A stretch of 33,769 nt of DNA from a virus, in IMG/VR virus record IMGVR_UViG_3300045988_180636; one strand, 5' to 3'. Under the pieces are notes generated by a model. The model did not search any database, was not told the origin of the DNA, and saw only the letters and a list, made by a program, of their open reading frames with translations. Shown here in pieces: positions 31,084 through 33,769 of this stretch (positions within the stretch are counted from its first letter, which is position 1; each line of letters opens with the position of its first letter). A program made the translations under genes and the position numbers.

Positions 31084-33769
31084 ATGAATAATTTGATAGA
31101 GAACGATATTTTAATTAGAAACATGGACGCTTCATACCTTTACTGGAAAATAAAGGATGATGGAGCAATAGCAGAATATGAGAATAAAAAGAAAGAGTTG
31201 TCCAGTACGGACAATCAGGAAGTACAAGACAGAGTGCAAGAATTATCTAAGCAGATATTCAGTTTTGGAACTGATATTAAGTTACCAGAGAAGGACAACA
31301 GATATTTGTACTCTGGAACGCTCACAGATAGCCTTATGACACGCAAACTTAGACAGGTGGTAAATAATAAGGATGGAGCAATAAGAAGCGTTAAAACGGA
31401 TTCTACAGCGTCAGGAACGGATTACACCGATATTATTATCAATCTGAAATTCAAGTCTGATGTGATGATCCAGACGGACGAACAGAAGCAAGCATACAAT
31501 CAGGATACAGGGGAAATTGAAAAACTGGACGCTAAGAAGAGTAAGAGACTTATCAGTAAGAAGAAATTGCGTCAGATGGCATACAGAGACGGTGTTACAA
31601 TAAATGGTGTTCATTATGTCAATTTCCAGAGAACAAGTTCTAAGGCAAGAACAGGTAATGACCTTTTCATAGATAAAGATTATTTTGAAGCTATGGAAGA
31701 GTGGCAGACTATGGGAATACCATTCAGAGAGATTTTCAGGGAAGATGATAAGGTGGACATTGTATCTACCAGAAGTTATGAAGCCTTGACCTCATCATCC
31801 ATTATCGGAACACTTGACATTGATCCGTATTCAATCCTACTGATAGATGAAGCTGACGGAACATATACAATGCCTTGCAACGTAGTAACACTGAATGAAG
31901 AGACAAAAAGGTTACAAGTTTCAAAACAGGATTATGAGAAGCATATCGACCTGTGGGATGGACAGAGCCTTGCGGATGAATCAATCTTTAATACTGGAAA
32001 ATACTTCAATCGCAAGGACGGTAAGGAACACACCTATGAGGGAAAAGGATTCTTGCTTTTGAGAAATCACTTCTTTAAGAGTGCGATATTCAATACTAAG
32101 CTACAGGAATATTACAGTGAGAAGTTCAAGGGTGTAGATAATCCAGTAGTAAAAGATAAATACGGAGAGACATTCAATCCACAGGATATTAAATTGGTTA
32201 CTACAAAGAACAGTGTTAAGATATTGAAGTTTGCGGATATTATCGCTACATACATGGTTGCGGATGATGAAAAAGAAAAGCTGAAGGAACTTGAATCTGA
32301 AAGACAGAAGTTCATTAACGAATGTTCCAAAATTAGAAACAGGGTGTCTACTGCAAAGAGAAAACTTACAATTCTTACTAAGGACACGAACGCTACTGTA
32401 GATGATATTCAGGTGGCACAAAATGAACTTGACCTTGCACTTGCGGATCAGAGCCGACTTCCTGAAATCGAAGCAGAGATTAAAAAGCATGACAAGCCGA
32501 TAAAATTTGAACAGGAAAAATTGACCTGGCGTTGGTACAGGGAACAGTTAAAGAAGAATCAGGATAAATTCGGTGTATGTAAGTATGAGAAGGTATCTAA
32601 ATTCGGAGAGCGTCAACAGTTATGGTATCAGGTGTTAGGTAGCTTGAATCTGAACGAGGAACAGTTGTGGCAGATTGTAGAACCACAGGTGCATGAGATA
32701 AATCTTTTGAAGAAATATCCAGCTTTTTTGAAACACTCACTGAATACAAAAGCTGCCGACACAGATAATATCGGAGCAAGGATGATGAAAGAATTATTAC
32801 AGGTCAATGAAGATATTACTAAGACTTCATGGTACACGAATTACAGAAGGTCATTTATCAGTAGTATTCTTGATCGCCTGTATGAAGGTAAGGTGCAGTT
32901 AAACAATTCAGACTTTTGTACATTGGTTGCTAATCCTTTTGAAATGCTTAGAGCGTCCACAGGAGAAAGAATTGATACAAGTATCTTATCCGACTTCCAG
33001 TGTTATTGTAGCCGATATGCAGATGGAGAAGAACTGTATGGCTTTAGAAGTCCGCATATAGCAATCGGAGAGAACGCTATCCTGACAAATACAGACCGTA
33101 AGGAATGGAAGTGGTTCAACTTCACTGATAGAATCTTAGTCATAAATCTGTTTGGTAAAGGTGCTTTCCTGTCGGATATATGGCAGGGTTGCGATACAGA
33201 TTCGGACGTAGCCTATATCGGTAATGATCCTGTGGTCTTAGAAGCTACAAAGTCAACGGTAAATTCTGGTAAATATCTTATTCCTATCAATGGGTTATCC
33301 CCTGAAAACGATCCAAAAAACTATACAGATGAAGAAATGGCAACGATTGACGGTAAGTTAGCAAATGACTTTATCGGAAAGATTTGTAACCTTGCAAGAG
33401 ATTTACAGTGTTTCTACTGGCACTTGTACAATACAGGTACAGAAGAGAACAAAAAGAAATATCTGCCACAGATTTATGATGATATTTGTATTTTGGCGGT
33501 TGCGTCAAATATCGCTATCGACAGTGCTAAGAGAAGATACAAAGGTGTAAACCTTGCAACAGAAATCAGTGAGATAAGAAAGCGTCCGTATCTACAGGCT
33601 GAAGGTGTGGTGCTTCGTGATGATGGAACTTTACTCATTACAGAGAAGAGATATAAGAAAACATTATCAGAAGAAAGCGTCCGCAAGTATCAGGATTATG
33701 TGCAGCGTAGGAACAATGCCACTACACAGAAAGAGATAGAAGAGTGTACGACAGAAATCGACAAAATTC
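31084..33769 (+). CDS. Single-subunit two-barrel RNA polymerase (YonO / cellular RdRP-like), N-terminal 895 codons; continues at 1..933
   Basis: No stop from ATG 31084 to the window end. The translation YGFRSPHIAIGENAIL-(about 30 aa)-INLFGKGAFLSDIWQGCDTDSDVAYIGND matches the RdRP/YonO pattern R.P....G(D/E)...G.D.D.D (DxDxD at 33193-33207). The upstream WDGQSLADESIF ... FLLLRNHFFKSAIF resembles the DG.G / R..G.KG barrel motifs. Confidence 0.6.
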   Translation, partial: MNNLIENDILIRNMDASYLYWKIKDDGAIAEYENKKKELSSTDNQEVQDRVQELSKQIFSFGTDIKLPEKDNRYLYSGTLTDSLMTRKLRQVVNNKDGAIRSVKTDSTASGTDYTDIIINLKFKSDVMIQTDEQKQAYNQDTGEIEKLDAKKSKRLISKKKLRQMAYRDGVTINGVHYVNFQRTSSKARTGNDLFIDKDYFEAMEEWQTMGIPFREIFREDDKVDIVSTRSYEALTSSSIIGTLDIDPYSILLIDEADGTYTMPCNVVTLNEETKRLQVSKQDYEKHIDLWDGQSLADESIFNTGKYFNRKDGKEHTYEGKGFLLLRNHFFKSAIFNTKLQEYYSEKFKGVDNPVVKDKYGETFNPQDIKLVTTKNSVKILKFADIIATYMVADDEKEKLKELESERQKFINECSKIRNRVSTAKRKLTILTKDTNATVDDIQVAQNELDLALADQSRLPEIEAEIKKHDKPIKFEQEKLTWRWYREQLKKNQDKFGVCKYEKVSKFGERQQLWYQVLGSLNLNEEQLWQIVEPQVHEINLLKKYPAFLKHSLNTKAADTDNIGARMMKELLQVNEDITKTSWYTNYRRSFISSILDRLYEGKVQLNNSDFCTLVANPFEMLRASTGERIDTSILSDFQCYCSRYADGEELYGFRSPHIAIGENAILTNTDRKEWKWFNFTDRILVINLFGKGAFLSDIWQGCDTDSDVAYIGNDPVVLEATKSTVNSGKYLIPINGLSPENDPKNYTDEEMATIDGKLANDFIGKICNLARDLQCFYWHLYNTGTEENKKKYLPQIYDDICILAVASNIAIDSAKRRYKGVNLATEISEIRKRPYLQAEGVVLRDDGTLLITEKRYKKTLSEESVRKYQDYVQRRNNATTQKEIEECTTEIDKI
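33715..33769. repeat. 55-nt terminal duplication of positions 1-55 (circular assembly overlap)
   Basis: AATGCCACTACACAGAAAGAGATAGAAGAGTGTACGACAGAAATCGACAAAATTC is present at both ends. Confidence 0.95.

Noticed and set aside
274-33686. Numerous antisense or out-of-frame short ORFs inside long genes (for example 274..606 -, 10801..11166 -, 20962..21270 -, 32101..32490 -, 32112..32387 -, 25523..25735 +)
   Set aside because: They are embedded in well-supported longer genes on the opposite strand or in another frame. They lack RBSs and have hydrophobic or low-complexity shadow-ORF composition.

Overview
The first and last 55 nt of the window are identical, so this is a circularly closed contig with about 33,714 bp of unique sequence. 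It is a low-GC, Bacillota-style phage-like element with G-rich Shine-Dalgarno sites and sigma-A type promoters. Almost all genes are on the + strand. Recognisable modules: (i) a head and packaging module with a DUF4355-like scaffold, major capsid, small and large terminase, and portal. (ii) A plasmid-maintenance module with a deviant-Walker ParA, a ribbon-helix-helix partner, repeated 25-nt sites and a small serine recombinase. (iii) A nucleic-acid enzyme block with an SF2 DEAH helicase, a Spo11/TopoVI-A-like Toprim protein, and a roughly 1187-aa single-subunit RNA polymerase of the YonO / cellular-RdRP two-barrel type that runs across the contig junction. (iv) Accessory genes: ArdA, two cold-shock-domain proteins, AbrB/SpoVT-like and several HTH regulators, and a twin radical-SAM cassette preceded by a 34-codon peptide ORF. 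I could not find a tail, lysis, DNA polymerase or large integrase gene, which points to a phage-plasmid or capsid-forming satellite lifestyle. About one fifth of the element has no credible ORF, and the most unusual content is there. First, a 1.3-kb co-oriented array of ten TTATCCCC-core repeat units sits behind a consensus promoter (13983-15345). Second, a roughly 0.5-kb G+C-richer stretch with GNRA hairpins looks like a large structured RNA (about 23256-23790). Third, there is a candidate type I toxin-antitoxin pair. Fourth, several iteron- or operator-like repeat families occur. All functional calls come from motifs read by eye; no database search was possible.
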